This document shows, in pieces, positions 36,620-49,987 of a stretch of DNA of 64,000 nucleotides (positions within the stretch are counted from its first letter, which is position 1; each line of letters starts with the position of its first letter). This DNA is from Hemiscyllium ocellatum (lineage: Eukaryota). A program made the translations under genes and the position numbers. The stretch lies in contig NC_083418.1 of assembly GCF_020745735.1 (NCBI RefSeq), positions 22,647,776 through 22,711,775 on the forward strand. Direction: 5' to 3'. The notes under the pieces are model-generated. The model had not been told where the DNA came from, made no database searches, and worked only from the letters and a program-made list of their open reading frames with translations.

Positions 36620-36830
36620 CAGCATCCCATAAACAGCAATGAGGCATATGATTATATAATCTGTTTATATGATGTTGTTTGAGGGCTAAATATTGACCAA
36701 AATACCAGGAAAAACTCCCTTCCTGTTCTCTAAAACAGCACCATGGAATCTTTCATACCCATCTGAGGGGGTGGTGTGGCCCCTGATTTAAAACCCCCAT
36801 CTGAAAGACTGCACCTTCCTCACAAACATC
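36620..36830 (-). mobile_element. Deu-domain SINE (SacSINE1/AmnSINE-like) remnant
   Basis: Reverse complement of the gtctttcagatg..ctcagatgg..aaagattccatgg..cctgg..aatatttagccctcaa core. Confidence 0.7.
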
Positions 36831-38369
36831 CATAAGATGAGGCATCAAATGGCAACTAGAGTTATCCATGCCTCACGGGTAAGAAATTGTTAACTTCTGG
36901 CGTTGATTGAAGTAAATGGAAAAATCCTTTCAAATTCAGGCCATGTTGAAATAATCCCTTACTAAGCAGCCACTATTGTAGTGTAAGTCAGCTTCAAGGA
37001 AACAGAAGGGAAACAAAAATAAATATGAGTTCATTGGAGAACTTGTGAACAAACCAGGTTCTGTAATCTAGATAGAATGTGACCAAATATTGAAAAGGTC
37101 ATTTCTGAAGTCAGTCAGGTCCTGACTTTATGCATTACCAGTGAGTAAATGAGTTTGATATCTCTCTCTAAAAAAATCGGAAGCTGATGAATACAATAGG
37201 ATCAGTTCTTAAACAAGTATTGCACTGCATGCTTTTTGGGGTACACTTTTGAGAATGTTTCAAGTGTAGCGTTCAGCTGATCACAGTTAATGTGTTTCCC
37301 TGTGTATTCCCACATTGTGCACACTGGCATGAGCAATCCTTCCCTCATACTTTGGACTGATATCAGAGCATGATTCAGTCTGACAGAAGCTCCACCTTGA
37401 ACAGACGAGAATGACCTCATGTTGAACATGGCAGCCAATGCCACAACACTGATGCCAGTTTGAGGACAATTAGACCGATGTGAAGAAATCTGTAGGAATA
37501 TTCATGGGGGAGATAATGAATTCTTTGTGGCCTTGGGACTCGCAGGTTTGTGTTTGCAATTTAAGAGGCATTATGGTCCACCCAGACATGAGTAATAGGT
37601 AATGGTGTCATCACCCAGCATGACTCATCCTGCAAAACCTACAATCAGGATTTATCATGCTTTCAACCACAAATAACTGGCAATGAGTAACTGCCAGCCT
37701 CACCACAGATTTAGCTGGAGGATTTGTTACCAAATAATTCATTAGTGTTATTTTTCAATGTTGCTCAGTCAAGATTTCTTAGAAAGAGCGAGCTTGCATT
37801 TCATACAACACCTTTCACAGTCTCAGGATGTACCAAAGTATTGAAGTTTCATTCCCTACTGTTATGAGAAGGGTGTCAACCAAACTGTGTGCAAGAGTAA
37901 TAAGCAGATAAGCTTTCCTATGATAATATTGGTCGAAGTGATGATAGTGGCCAGGATATTACAATTTTGGACACTACTGCTGTATTTTGATCTGACTTTA
38001 ATTTTTATTGTCACTTGGATTTTGCAGTAAGAATACACTAAAATACAGTGAAAAATGTTTATTTGTCGCCATGAAATGGCTCCATTTTGAATTATTTTCA
38101 GAATAAGGATAAAAAAGCATAGAAAGATATAGTTTAAAGTGAGTCCATCAGTCCTGAAACAGCTCTTCACTGTCAATGATGCCTGCATGGCCATCTTTCC
38201 ACCAGCACTTCACTGCCATCTACACCAGACCCAACCAATGTCGAAGTCGCTGATCCTCAGACGTCATCTTTGCCGCTGGGCTGATACACCTCCTCCGCTA
38301 CCTCACCGCCGCCTGAGCCAGACTGACCAACATCAGAGCTGCATTGGTTGAGAAAAGTACCAGGAGATC

Positions 38370-40570
38370 TTGGGTGTGTGCCTGAGAGACACTCAGTGTA
38401 TAGAATGTGTCGACATCTTTCCCTGACCAATTTCCCTTTCTCTGCTAAAGGGAAGAAATGTGATTGAACTGAGATATCGATGTATGCGTCATATTGTTAA
38501 AGACTTCAGGAGTGTGGTAGACTAAAGCTCAACTCTTCACCATGCTCATTAGTAATGTTATGATGATAAAATGACTGTACGACTCAAGGGAAGGTGTCCA
38601 CAGCTTAGCCTTCACGCTGTACTGTGATAGAAATAGTTACCAGGCAATTGAAATCTCTGACCAGATTGACCAGTCTGGATATCACCAGTGGATGCTGCTT
38701 CAGGATGGCCAATCTTTTACCAACGGGGTGTACACGTTAATTTGTCTCGGGGGCAGCTTTCTGTGCGTAACATCTGCCCAGCCACCATCTCTTTAATCTC
38801 GGAAATGGTGAAGTTGCCTCAGGAATGTCCAAGCTGGAAGATCGACAATTGTTTCCCCAACCAAATCGAAGGCCCGAGTGCCCATTTCCTGTAGCTGCTG
38901 AGGTGCGGTATCCCACACTTCTGCAGAGACAGGAAGTCTACTTTGACGTTAGCCAGGTAAGCCAATGTAGAAATACTTCATGTAACACCACGCAGGTTAG
39001 TACTGGCAATTTTAAAACCCATGTTGAGAGTTGATAGAATTACCCACAGACCTAATGTCCGCTCATCTGCAGTCTTGTCACTGGAGGACATACCTGCATC
39101 CCCGTGGGGTGGGTGAACTGTTGGACATTCTCTGTACTGAAGCGACCACCCTGTTCCTCCCTGAGTGCGATTGCCCTGATTCAGTGTTGTCAGGGGTGGG
39201 AATGAAGATAGGAACATCCAATTCTGAGTCTGACAGAGGGATTGCCGTGCACTATTCCTGAGTATCACTGGTCCCTTGGTTCTCAATGGCTGGAGGTTGG
39301 GTTTCCCCTCATGATGCCCGCTTTTTCTGGGTGGCGGTTGCTCCTCTCCTTAAGTCGGTGCCTGTGCCTCTACACTTGCTATCTTTTCCTCCTCTCCGGT
39401 CTGTCCCTCCTCCTGGGTGTCACCTCCTAGCAATTTTTGATTAGATTAGATTAGATTAGATTACATACAGTGTGGAAACAGGCCCTTCGGCCCAACAAGT
39501 CCACACTGACCCACCAAAGCACAACCCACCTATACCCCTACACTTACCCCTTCACCTAACACTACGGGCAATTTAGCATGGCCAATTCACCTAACCTGCG
39601 CATCTTTGGACTGTGGGAGGAAACCGGAGCACCCGGAGGAAACCCACGCAGACATGGGGAGAATGTGCAAACTCCACACAGACAGTCACCTGAGGCGAGA
39701 ATTGAACCCAGGTCTCTGGCACTGTGAGGCAGCAGTGCTAACTGCTGTGCCATCGTGCCGCCCATCCTTCTTGCTGGAGGATGGCACCTTACTGTCCTTT
39801 TGTGGCGTTGTCACTTCCGTCCATCTGAGCATGTGTGGCCTCTCTCACCTCACCTGCACCCCTGCCTTGGGCAGGCCTTGTATGTGTGGTCTGCTTCCTG
39901 ATACAAAGTGCAGCTGTTGGACTCCTCACTGTCCTTAGTCAGATGCCTCCCCTCCTGTTTGCAGTTCCTGCAGAGGGTCACTCTGCAGTCCGCTGCCCTG
40001 GACCCCCCTCCCCTTCCCTTGGGTTCGCCACGCTCTAGGCTGCGAATGTCTGGTTGCCTCAGCTCCCTCGGATTTTGAAGCTGGAGGGCAGTGGAGGATG
40101 TTCTTGCTGGTGGCCACCTTCAGGGTCACATTGACCTGCACTTGCTGGTTGAGATTCTGAAGGAGTCCATCATGTTGGTGATACTTCCTTCAAGGTGCAC
40201 GTACCTTCCCAGGAAGGTCAGAACAATGGCTGCCAGATGTGGGGGTCATATGTGTGGATAACGCGGCCCCTCTGTGCAAGAGAAACAAATAGAGAGGCTT
40301 TGGCTCCTTTCTCCTTGAATATCTTCAGGAGACGCTCAGGTTGCTTCATGCTCCGCCTGAAGATCACGTAGAAACAGTGAGGAAATTCCTGCAAACAGAA
40401 AACTACCTACTACTTGGAACTTACAGCAGTCCAGGAGGACCCTCTTCACGGAGAAGATCCAGTCGACCAGTCTTCCTTCCTCCACCTTCTTCTCTGTCAC
40501 CCTGGCTGTATTCCGGACCTCCCTCCCCCCTACCCTGTCCCACTCTTGAGACACAGACACTAACAGAGGC
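38370..40570 (-). mobile_element. Tx1/L1-clade non-LTR retrotransposon remnant (ORF1 and start of the ORF2 APE endonuclease), interrupted by an HE1 SINE
   Basis: ORF1-like VRNTARVTEKKVEEG..VKRVLLDCC, IHTYDPH..LTFLGRYV and QVNVTLKV. ORF2 starts at ATG 39022: MGFKIASTNLRG..STLAYLANVKVDFLSLQKCGIPH..GPSIW. Confidence 0.75.
39437..39762 (-). mobile_element. Young HE1 SINE with (TCTAA)n tail
   Basis: Complete tRNA head, V-domain, and ttaga repeats at ~39441-39462. Confidence 0.93.
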
Positions 40571-40912
40571 CAGAGCTCTGGTGGACTAGTCACTGAATTG
40601 GTGTTAGGCTGAAGCCAGCATAGAGATCCACCCAATTGTAGTTCGGTTCACCCGAACATACTCCATGTTCGGTTCACAACCACATTCCAACGATGATCTT
40701 AAGACCTTCTGAGGAGGAAGATTCTCACCTCAGACTCATCACACCACTATCTGCTATTCAGGCCAGCATTTACCCCTGTTAGACCAATATCATGGTCATG
40801 TAATGCAGTGCTGGTTGTGGGGTCTGGCTGTTTGCTTTTCAGTTACCACTGTTTTTACACTATGCAAAGTGACTACAACTTAGACGTAATTCATTGGTTG
40901 TGAAACATTATG

Positions 40913-42198
40913 AAACTCAATCAACTTTGTGAGACATGATTTCCCATGCACAAAGCCATATTAACTATCCCTAATCAGTCCTTGCCTTTCAAATACATGT
41001 ACATCCTGTTCCTCAGGATTCCTTCCAACAACTTGTCCACCACCGACGTCAGGCTCACTGGTCTATAGTTCCCTGACTTGTAACAAAGGGGATTGATGAG
41101 GGCAGAGCGATAAATGTGATCTGTACGGACTTCAGTAAGGCGTTCGACGAGGTTCCCCATGGGAGACTGGTTAGCAAAGTTAGATCTCACGGAATACAGG
41201 GAGAACTAGCCATTTGGATACAGAACTGGCTCAAAGGTGGTGGTGGAGGATTGTTTTTCAGACAGGAGGCCTGTGACCAGTGGAGTGCCACAAGGATCGG
41301 TGCTGTGTCCTCTACTTTTCATCATTTAAATAAATGATTTGGATGCGAGCACAAGAGGTATAGTGAGTAAGTTTGCAGATTACACCATAATTGGAGGTGT
41401 AGTGGACAGCGAAGAGGGTTACCTCAGATTATAACAGGATTTTGATCAGATGGGCCAATGGGCTGAGAAGTGGCAGATGGAGTTTAGTTTAGATAAATGC
41501 GAGATGCTGCATTTTGGGAAAGCAAATCTTAGCAGGACTTATACACTTAATAGTAAGGACCTAGGGAGTGTTGCTGAACAAAGAGACCTTGGAGTGCAGG
41601 TTCACAGCTCCTTGAAAGTGGAGTCGCAGGTAAATAGGATAGTGAAGGAGGAGTTTGGTATGCTTTCCTTTATTGGTCAGAGTATTGAGTACTGGAGTTG
41701 GGAGGTCATGTTGCAGCTGTACAGGACTTTGGTTAGGCCACTGTTGGAATATTGCATGCAGTTCTGGTCTCCTTCCTATCGGAAAGATGTTGTGAAACTT
41801 GAAAGGATTCAGAAAAGATTTACAAGGATGTTGCCAGGGTTGGAGGATCTGAGCTACAGGGAGAGACTGAACAGGCTGGGGCTGTTTTCCCTGGAGTGTC
41901 GGAGGTTGAGGGGTGACTTTATAGAGATTTACAAAATTATGATGGCATGCATAAGATAAATAGACAAAGTCTTTTCCCTGGGGTTGGGGAGCCCAGAAGT
42001 AGAGGGCATAGGTTTAGGGTGAGAGGGAAAGGATATAAAAGAGACCGAAGGGGCAACTTTTTCATGCAGAGGGTGGTACATATATGGAATAAGCTGCCAG
42101 AGGAAGTGGTGGAGGCTGGTACAATTGCATCATTTAGAAGGCATTTGGATAGGTATTTGAATAGGAAGGGTTTGCTGTACATCTCTATGACTCTATGA
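40913..42198 (+). mobile_element. 5'-inverted CR1/HER1 insertion inside a Deu-SINE remnant
   Basis: 40913-41080 is a minus-strand GNYRPVSLTSVV segment; the plus strand from 41081 carries the next part of the RT. The host SINE tail resumes at ~42198; tatga lies on both sides. Confidence 0.88.
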
Positions 42199-43002
42199 GA
42201 GGTCCTGTGTTTGTCAAAAATGCTTTAATCGAAACAAATTCTTTTGTTTTAGTGAGACCAGGTTAAAAAAATGTGGGGAAGTGGATTAATCAGAAAGGAA
42301 CACATTTGTTATGCTTAATGGATGCCTCCCAATCCTGAAATATGTGTGTTCTTATTACACAGACTGCACAATGAATTTGTTTCTGACAAGTAACAGTCTT
42401 TTTGACCCTTTGTTTCTTTTTAAGTTGCTGCAAATAATCTGCTGAACTTTATTCAGGAGGAAGGGAGTTCCAACACAACAGCATCAAGTGACATCATGAA
42501 ATTGGAGAACGCAGTTCCATCAGTTTGTTTTTCAAACACAAAACCAGAAATATCCTCCCATATTTTCAGGTTTTATATATATAATTTGTGAAGAGCAGTT
42601 CTGTCGATATCTAGTGAATGTCTATTGGATTTGTTTGTGCTGGGCAATTGTTTTTAATAGCGTCAATGGATTTATTACCAATGTTTTTCAACATCTTCCA
42701 GTTTATAAAGGAGAATTAGACTTTCAAAGCAGGATGTTTTCCTTAGTGAGGTATTAAGCTTTCTTTACAGGATAGCTCTTTCAAATAGCTAGAAGAGACA
42801 GCTTCTTTCTGTGCTCTGTGTAGGCACTTAACTGCCTGCTATCAGGGACGGCATGGAAAAAATAAAGACAGTCATGACTGCAACAGTGGAAATTACAAAG
42901 TTTGAAAATAAATAAACTCAGTGACAAGAGTTTAAATAATATCTGCCTGAATAAATGCATATTAAGAAGATGTGGAGTCATCCACTCTGACTTTGTATTA
43001 AA

Positions 43003-43085
43003 CTCAAAACATAAACTGTGCTTCTCCCTCCACAGATGCTTCCAGATCTGTTGAATTTCTCCAGCAACTTCTCTTTCTGTTTCAT
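43003..43085 (+). mobile_element. Old PLE-terminus remnant (a similar minus copy lies at ~29410-29500)
   Basis: ctccacagatgcttccagatctgttgaatttctccagcaacttctctttctgtttca. Confidence 0.65.
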
Positions 43086-43529
43086 GTTTTACTGTTATAG
43101 TCTTGGATTGGGAGCTGAATATGATTCATTGCCACTGTAAAAATGTTGCATGACAGCAGATAAGATTGCAAGATGGGATTAAAGCATGAGTCTGCAAGAG
43201 ATTTTCATCTTGTCTGAATGTAGAAGAAGAACCAGAGGTATTGTATTCTAACACAATGCATCATTCAGTCATCCCCTACTCCCCAAATTATTCTTGTCCT
43301 GCAATAATACCTGAATTTCCCACAATGGTTATAATTACAATATCATCCTTTAGATTGCAAAGGTTAAAATACTGACATTGTCCTCTAGATCTAAAATGTG
43401 GAAGAACAGGATTATTTGAACAAGAGAATGCCCAACTTCTCAGCAAGCAGCTGAACCTTTCTGCTTGAAGCTATTGCCTATGAATAAGATCCTGCAGACT
43501 GACATATTAGACATGAAAGAACACAAAGT

Positions 43530-46500
43530 TAAAATGTCTATCCATTTATTTATTACACCACTTTTCAAATACAAAAAAGCACCATGATACAGCATTCAAT
43601 AAATAGAGCTAGTAACAGAAATTGAAGTTTCTTCATTACACTTGGTAACAATATCAAATACTTCACAATGTAAAAGACCAGCAAAATGATGCGTCAATCA
43701 CACAGGATAAAGGCTGTGATACACAACAAACAGACTGAAAAGAAAATCATAAAAAGCTTGGGTGGAAACAAGACTAAAACAGAAAGGGATGACCAAAGGA
43801 AAGCATCAAATGTCATTATAATAAATATTTAATCTACACGATTTGTATTTCTGATTTGCATCTCTCGCCATAGCTCATTATGACAGGAAATTGAAATACT
43901 AAAGTCAAGCCAGTGTAGTTGGAAGAAAAAGTTGCCAGGGCACAGTGTTCAAGAAATTTATAAAGTGGAGTGGGACAAGGGATAGCAGGGTAAGTGGGAG
44001 AGGAGTCAGTTAGGGTAAGGCTTTGAATTGAGGGCAGCAATATATAAATCATAACTTTGTTTCCCAATAGCAAGAAGAATTTTGAAAAATTTCTCGGCAA
44101 CTCATTCATGGCAAACAATCTTGTTGATGGGTATGACAAATGCTCCTTTTCAATAATACTTCTCACTCCCTTACAAGGCTAAGATGGCCGGGCTGAAAAG
44201 CCTGGCACGTGCTAATATATGAGTTTTACTCCAGAACAGAACTCACACAGGCCAGGGGTTAAATAAATAAATACTAGACGGGAGGCAATCTCTTATAATC
44301 ATTCTTAAGTTATTAGTTATAAAAGGCTGCATACTGCCCAGACTGGCAATAAGAATATACAGTCCCAAAAGGAGCTCCATTGAAAGAATATGGTTTCTCC
44401 TTTATTTTTGGAAATTGTGCTGAAACACTATCATGATGTGGGTCACCATGACAACAATAACATGTGGGTTTTCTTTCACCCCCACTGCAAGACATCACTT
44501 GTATAAATTCCAGCCTGAAGAGTTCAGGGGCACCTAATTGGCCAAATAACAGAAATCCAATCTCATTCTATTTAATATGTCTCTTAAATTATTTAACTTT
44601 CTCATTTGCTTTTTCACAGGTTTATCTAATTCCTCTTCTTCACCACTGTGACTGCCTCCTTCAGTGTTCACTTGTAGCAATGAACTCAATACTGCACTGA
44701 ATTTTTAAGTGAAAATATTCTAAGTTCCTCGCTTTCCTTTTCATAATGAAAATAATTACAATAATTAACAGAGAAACTTCACTACTTGTCATTTTAAACT
44801 ATTATTTTGAGGTCTGTCATTCTTTTGAGAAAAAGATAACTTCTTTAATGTCCTACATGCACAACTCTGAAACAACAGGGATGATTTGAACTAGAGGCTA
44901 TTCAGTTCCTGGTCCAAATCTATGAAAAAGGTACTTGTGCTCCTTGTATCTTTGTCCTGCCCAGGGATTTGTAGATTTCTCCATGGGTTTCAAGGGACAG
45001 TATGTAATGATATGTATCAGCTTATTTGACTTTTCTAGTCCCAATGCATGCCCATTAGCAAGAGCTCTGAAAGATGGCAACCTTGGGTCCTGCTCAGATT
45101 GGAATACAGAAATAGGAGTAGGCCATTCACCTTCTCAAACCCATTCCAACATTCAATTAGATCACATCAGACCTGCACCACAACCCTATTTACATTCCAG
45201 TGAGGATCTGACAAAGGCAAGTAACATGAAGGAGCCCCGTAGAACGTTAAAGAACATTTTTTTTTGCATTAAATATCCAAAAATGCCTGCAGTGCTGTAT
45301 GTCTCCCAACTAGTGATTCTGGACTTACAGACCTACAGCTCTCATCTCCCACCTTGATTCTAGGTCTGTGTTCCTGGTAAGGGAATGCCTGTATTTGGAG
45401 GGTGTCCTGGACTCAACAAACTGACCTGATCCTATAGTTAGAGGGTAGAGAGTCAGGACATGTTTTTTATTGAGGCTTACTGGAGATTGGACATGCATTT
45501 TGTTAATAGCATCCCAAATGAAGCAGAGAGAGTGGCAAGTACAAAAAAAAATCCTAAAAACTTAATAGTTTACCAAACAACATACAACCCAATAAAAAAG
45601 AATTGACTTTGAACTTTGTTTCAGATCAGCCAAGATATCACTGAATTCTGGAATAGGTCTGAGGATTGAATTGTCCACTCACATTTCTACTTGCCCTGAA
45701 GACCAACAGTAAATCAGATGGAAACAATAAGTTGCGTGGAAATCTAATTTTAAAGACTTTGCTCGGGTAGGTCCTATCATAATTGTAGAGGCAGAATGAC
45801 AGGGGGATAGAAGAAGGAACATTCCACAACAGCGCCTATGAAATGTCAGTCTTCCATTTTTCTGATAATGCCTTAACTTAACAATATAGATAAGCATGGG
45901 TCTGAGGAAGTGCTGTTATCACCTCGATTGAACAAAAGATCTAAACAGCACGAGTGTCAACTCAGATTCCACAATAAGCCCATTTACTCAACTACCGCAA
46001 TGCAATGCCATAAAACTCATGACTCACTCAAATCCGATTATTGTGTTTTTGATTATTAATTGTAGATAATGTGCATTGGCTTTTGATGGGATGAATAGGT
46101 TGACTAAAGATGTGTTGAGAATAATTTTCTTTCACGGTGGTTTCCCTCCCTCGAGATTATTTTACCACTTAGTGCAATTCAGATTGAGAACGGAGCAGAA
46201 TGGAATCTACATATGTATCAGTCACCATTCTGCAGTACCATGTGCCATCGTACCATCCCTCCCCCCTTTCTTAAATAAAACTTTCAAGTAAATATTGCAG
46301 CAGTCAGTCAGCCAAAGACCAGCTTGATGCTCATGATCCACAACTGCATTGCCTGAGTACAGGCAGTGTTGTGAGATCTCTTTAAAATTCAGAACTGGCA
46401 AACTGTAATGGTTGCAAAGAAAGGACAGAGTCCATATCTCAGAATTGTCTGGTTCATGGGTTTCCCTGCGTTGGTGGATATGTAAATAGATTTTAAGTTT

Positions 46501-48508
46501 GTCGTTTACTTTTGATTGGGGTAAACGGGTCCTGTGAATTTGCCTGGTGAACAATAGGAGGAGTTACACTGGCAGCATCTGTGGAGAAATTCAACCAGTG
46601 AAAGGTGGGTTAAGTTATATAACAATCCCATTTACCCACAATGACAAATCAAAAATTGGTGATCATTTTCCTCAATCTTTCAGGAGCTAAGAGGTCTGCC
46701 ATGGGATTGTTGGGAGACTGACATTGCTATAAATCTTACTGGGAAGGGGCAGACAAGACAGAACAAGAGTCAAAAGGTAGACTCTGAAGAGAGAGAGGCA
46801 TCAGAAGCAAGAAAGACACCATCAAAGCGAAGGACCGTTGATGGGTTCTGAAGGCAAGAAGGGAGATGGTGAGGGAAGACATTTCAAAGAACAGGAGCAT
46901 AAATTCCACCTTGATTGTTGAGGAAATGAAAATCAGTTTTAAAAAATTTTATTGGAGATAATTAAATAGCTGAGACCGGTAAAAAGTGATTGTGTAGCTG
47001 CCGTGTAATTCTAGTTGGTTGAATGAAGTATTTATTGAAGGAAACCTGCCTTCTTTGCCCAGTCGGTAACTCCTCCAGTCCTAGAAAATGAGACTGGCTC
47101 CGAAATGATCTCACAAACCACTTGGCTCTATCAAAACCAGCAGCTTTTAGGAATGAACAAGAGGGTCTGGTCTTGTCAGTAATAACACCATTGTGACGGC
47201 CAATTTAAATTAAAAGCGCGGCTAGTTAACTTTTCAAAACCCAAAATATAAATAACTTTGTTGCTTTATTTTTGTGGCGAAGCCAGATAAAAATCATCAG
47301 AAACAGTTCTTTACTTGAAGGAAAGATTTCAATCCATCTGCAATGCAGTCACCAGGCGTCTGCCTCACATTGCTGGGCTAGAAGCAAATCACATAGTAAA
47401 GTCAACAGCTTCTCCTCCAGCCAGGCTGGACCAGAAATGACCTGTTCCCTTTTTGTGTTTACAATAAGCTGCTTTCCTGTCCAGGCGCCAAGGTGGTTAG
47501 ATAAAGAACAAGCAACAAGGCAGAGAGAAGAAAGAATATAACATGCAGCTCTCAAGGACAAAATGGGATGCCGCTGCTACTGAGAGGTCCCCAGCAAGGC
47601 TTTTCTAAAACATGGTTACTGGCACGAGCTGCTGTACCATTATCATATGTTTCTGCCAGTGGGCATGCAAGACTGGCACTCAGCAATTAAGCAGGTCTGA
47701 AGTTGAGCGAGACTGATCTCTGACTCTCTCTCTTGCCTGAGAGTCCCCAGAAATCAGTCAGTTTAAAAAAACCTGAGACGATTCTTTTTTTTTTCCCTTT
47801 TCTTTTGTATTGTTGCAGCCCAAGTACAGGGGGAAGGGGCTGTTGCGGGGGTGGAGGGGGAAAGAAAAAGCCTTTTTTTAATTATTATGTTTATTCAAAC
47901 CTGAGGTATTTGCATCAAGCAGCCAGGATATCATTAAACTATTCAAAAACATTTAAATCAGCCATAATAATAGATACACCACTATTTACATCATATTAAT
48001 GTCTGCATCCATTCGCAATCAGTTCATACAGATTATCTCATATAGAAGGTACTTTTCCAGCCTTTACTGTAGCAGTCTACATTTCAACTGGCTCAGTCAC
48101 TGACAAGGAAGAACAAAGTGCAATAACTGGCCTTCTCAGGTAGCAGACCAGGGTTTGATGCGAGAACAAAGGAAAACATAAAACAGAAAAAAATATATAA
48201 TTAATAAGATAAAACCAGACTTTCTTTGAGTATTGCTTGAAGTACTTAAATACCGTACTGTACAACTTCAAACGGGGTGGCCAGTTCCCTCGTCTTTCAC
48301 CATTGCCAGAATGCGTGTGGAGAAATAAATTAGCTTTTTTCTAAAAATGTTCCAAGACAAGTCTCAAGAGAAGTGTCAACCCACTTTCTGTATCAGAGGA
48401 GATACGCCGCGCCTCTTTCTTAAGAAACAAAAATAACCAGGTCCGCGGTTCCAAACTGTCAGGCGATAAATAACCACAGTCTCGCTCTTTCACCCATTCC
48501 CAGAGGTG
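43530..48508 (-). promoter_or_regulatory. DUSP8: Probable long DUSP8 3'UTR with AU-rich elements and alternative polyA signals
   Basis: About 5 kb with essentially no young TEs. Minus-strand AATAAA near 47890, 47265 and 43545 (AATAAATAAA), and overlapping ATTTA pentamers at 44259-44273. Confidence 0.5.
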
Positions 48509-49697
48509 TCACGACACCTCGATGATTTCCATGCTGCCGGAGAAGCTGGACTGCTTCCCTATCTTGCCCAGGTCTTCCCTCGACCTGCTCTCCGACATGC
48601 CGTCCTCGAACTCCATCTGGCAGCTCCGCCGCTTGAACTGTTTCTCAATGGCGCCCTCCTCGTGCCAGCTGCGCCGCGTGTCCCTCGCCTCGGGCTGTTT
48701 GTCGCGCAGCCGCACTGCCCCGTACGGTGGTTCGCAGCCGTTGGGCGCCGAGCTGCACGCGAACTGAGCGTACGGGCTGGGGCAACCGCCGCCGCCGCCG
48801 CCGTTGAAGAGAGTCACGCCCCCTGGCGCGTGGGCGGCCTGCGAGTCTGCGCCGTAGTACCACGGCGCGTTGACACCGGCGGCCGCCGAGGAGGGAGCCG
48901 GCGGCTCGCAGTGCTTGGCCCGGCGGCTCCCTCCATGCTGCTGGGCGCTCGGGACGTTCAGCAGCAGCGCCTGCTTCAGGTTGTCCTCCACGTTGTGGAT
49001 CGGGCAGGGCACGCCGGCCCGGGTCACGTTCAAGCTCAGCGGGTGCGCCGCCGGGCCGGAGGAGTTCGAGAGGCCGCCGGCGTGCTTGGGCTTGCGCCTC
49101 TGCCGGGCCTTGGTCTCGGCGCCGACCTCCGGGCCCGCCGGCTTATCCGGGCTCTCCAGGCTCAGGGGGCACTGCTCTGCGCTGGGGCTGGCCAACCTGA
49201 CCTCGAGTTTGCAGAGCTTCGGGATGTCGTCGGAATCGATGGGCGTGGCGGCCTTGCCAGGGCTGAAGCTGGCACTTGGCGAGTAGGAAGACTTGATGTC
49301 CAGCGAGAAGGAGCGCTTGAGCCGGTTGGTGTCCTGAATCCGCTCGCTGGACAGGTGCAGCCCGTTGAGGCCCTGCTGCAGGCTGATGTGGGTGGCGTTC
49401 CTGCACTCGGTGGTGGCGGTGGCACCGCTCTCTGAATCACCGCACAGCTGGCTCGCCTCCTTCTCTGCGCATTGCCCCGTGGGCTCTGGCGTGGAGAAGG
49501 CGGGACACGTCCTCTCCAAGATGCCCCTGCAGACATCGGTCACCTCTCTGTCAACGTCCTCCTCCAGCCAGTCCGCCTGAGGCTTCAGGGAGCTTAGCGA
49601 GCGCACCTTCAGAAGCTTCAGGTTCTTCTCGTACTCCAGCAGCTGGCCCATGAAGTTGAAGTTGGGAGAAATCGATGGCCTTCGGTCCTTGACAAAC
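48509..49697 (-). CDS. DUSP8: DUSP8 last coding exon (FVKDRRPSISPNFNFMGQLLEYE...KRRSCQMEFEDG...SFSGSMEIIEVS*)
   Basis: Acceptor ttctccccgaAG at 49699-49698, continuous with the 380-aa ORF. Contains LQQGLNGLHLSSERIQDTNRLKRSFSLDIKS and the conserved DUSP8/16 C-terminus. Confidence 0.95.
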
Positions 49698-49987
49698 CTT
49701 CGGGGAGAACACAGAAGATGCTTAAGCCATGGCTTTCAGGCCAGCATTAGTTTTCCCCCCCAAACCCTCACCTTCAGAATTGCTGCCAACAAAGCTCACT
49801 CTAAACTTTTTCTTCGGTTACTGGTCACTTACATACACGCACAGCAAGACTCAAAATAGCTTTTCCCATCCTGTTCCCTGCAACAGAGGGGGAATTAGCT
49901 ACTTCTAAAAGCCCACAGCAGTTCAGTCAATTGCCGAGGGCTTGCCTCTGCTCGGTTTGGGTCTGTGCTGGGCACAGGGCAAAGATA

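Noticed and set aside
48506-49580. 309-aa and other plus-strand or alternative-frame ORFs overlapping DUSP8
   Set aside because: Antisense shadows of a GC-rich exon with few stop codons; low-complexity Ala/Arg/Gly/Pro content and no recognisable domain.
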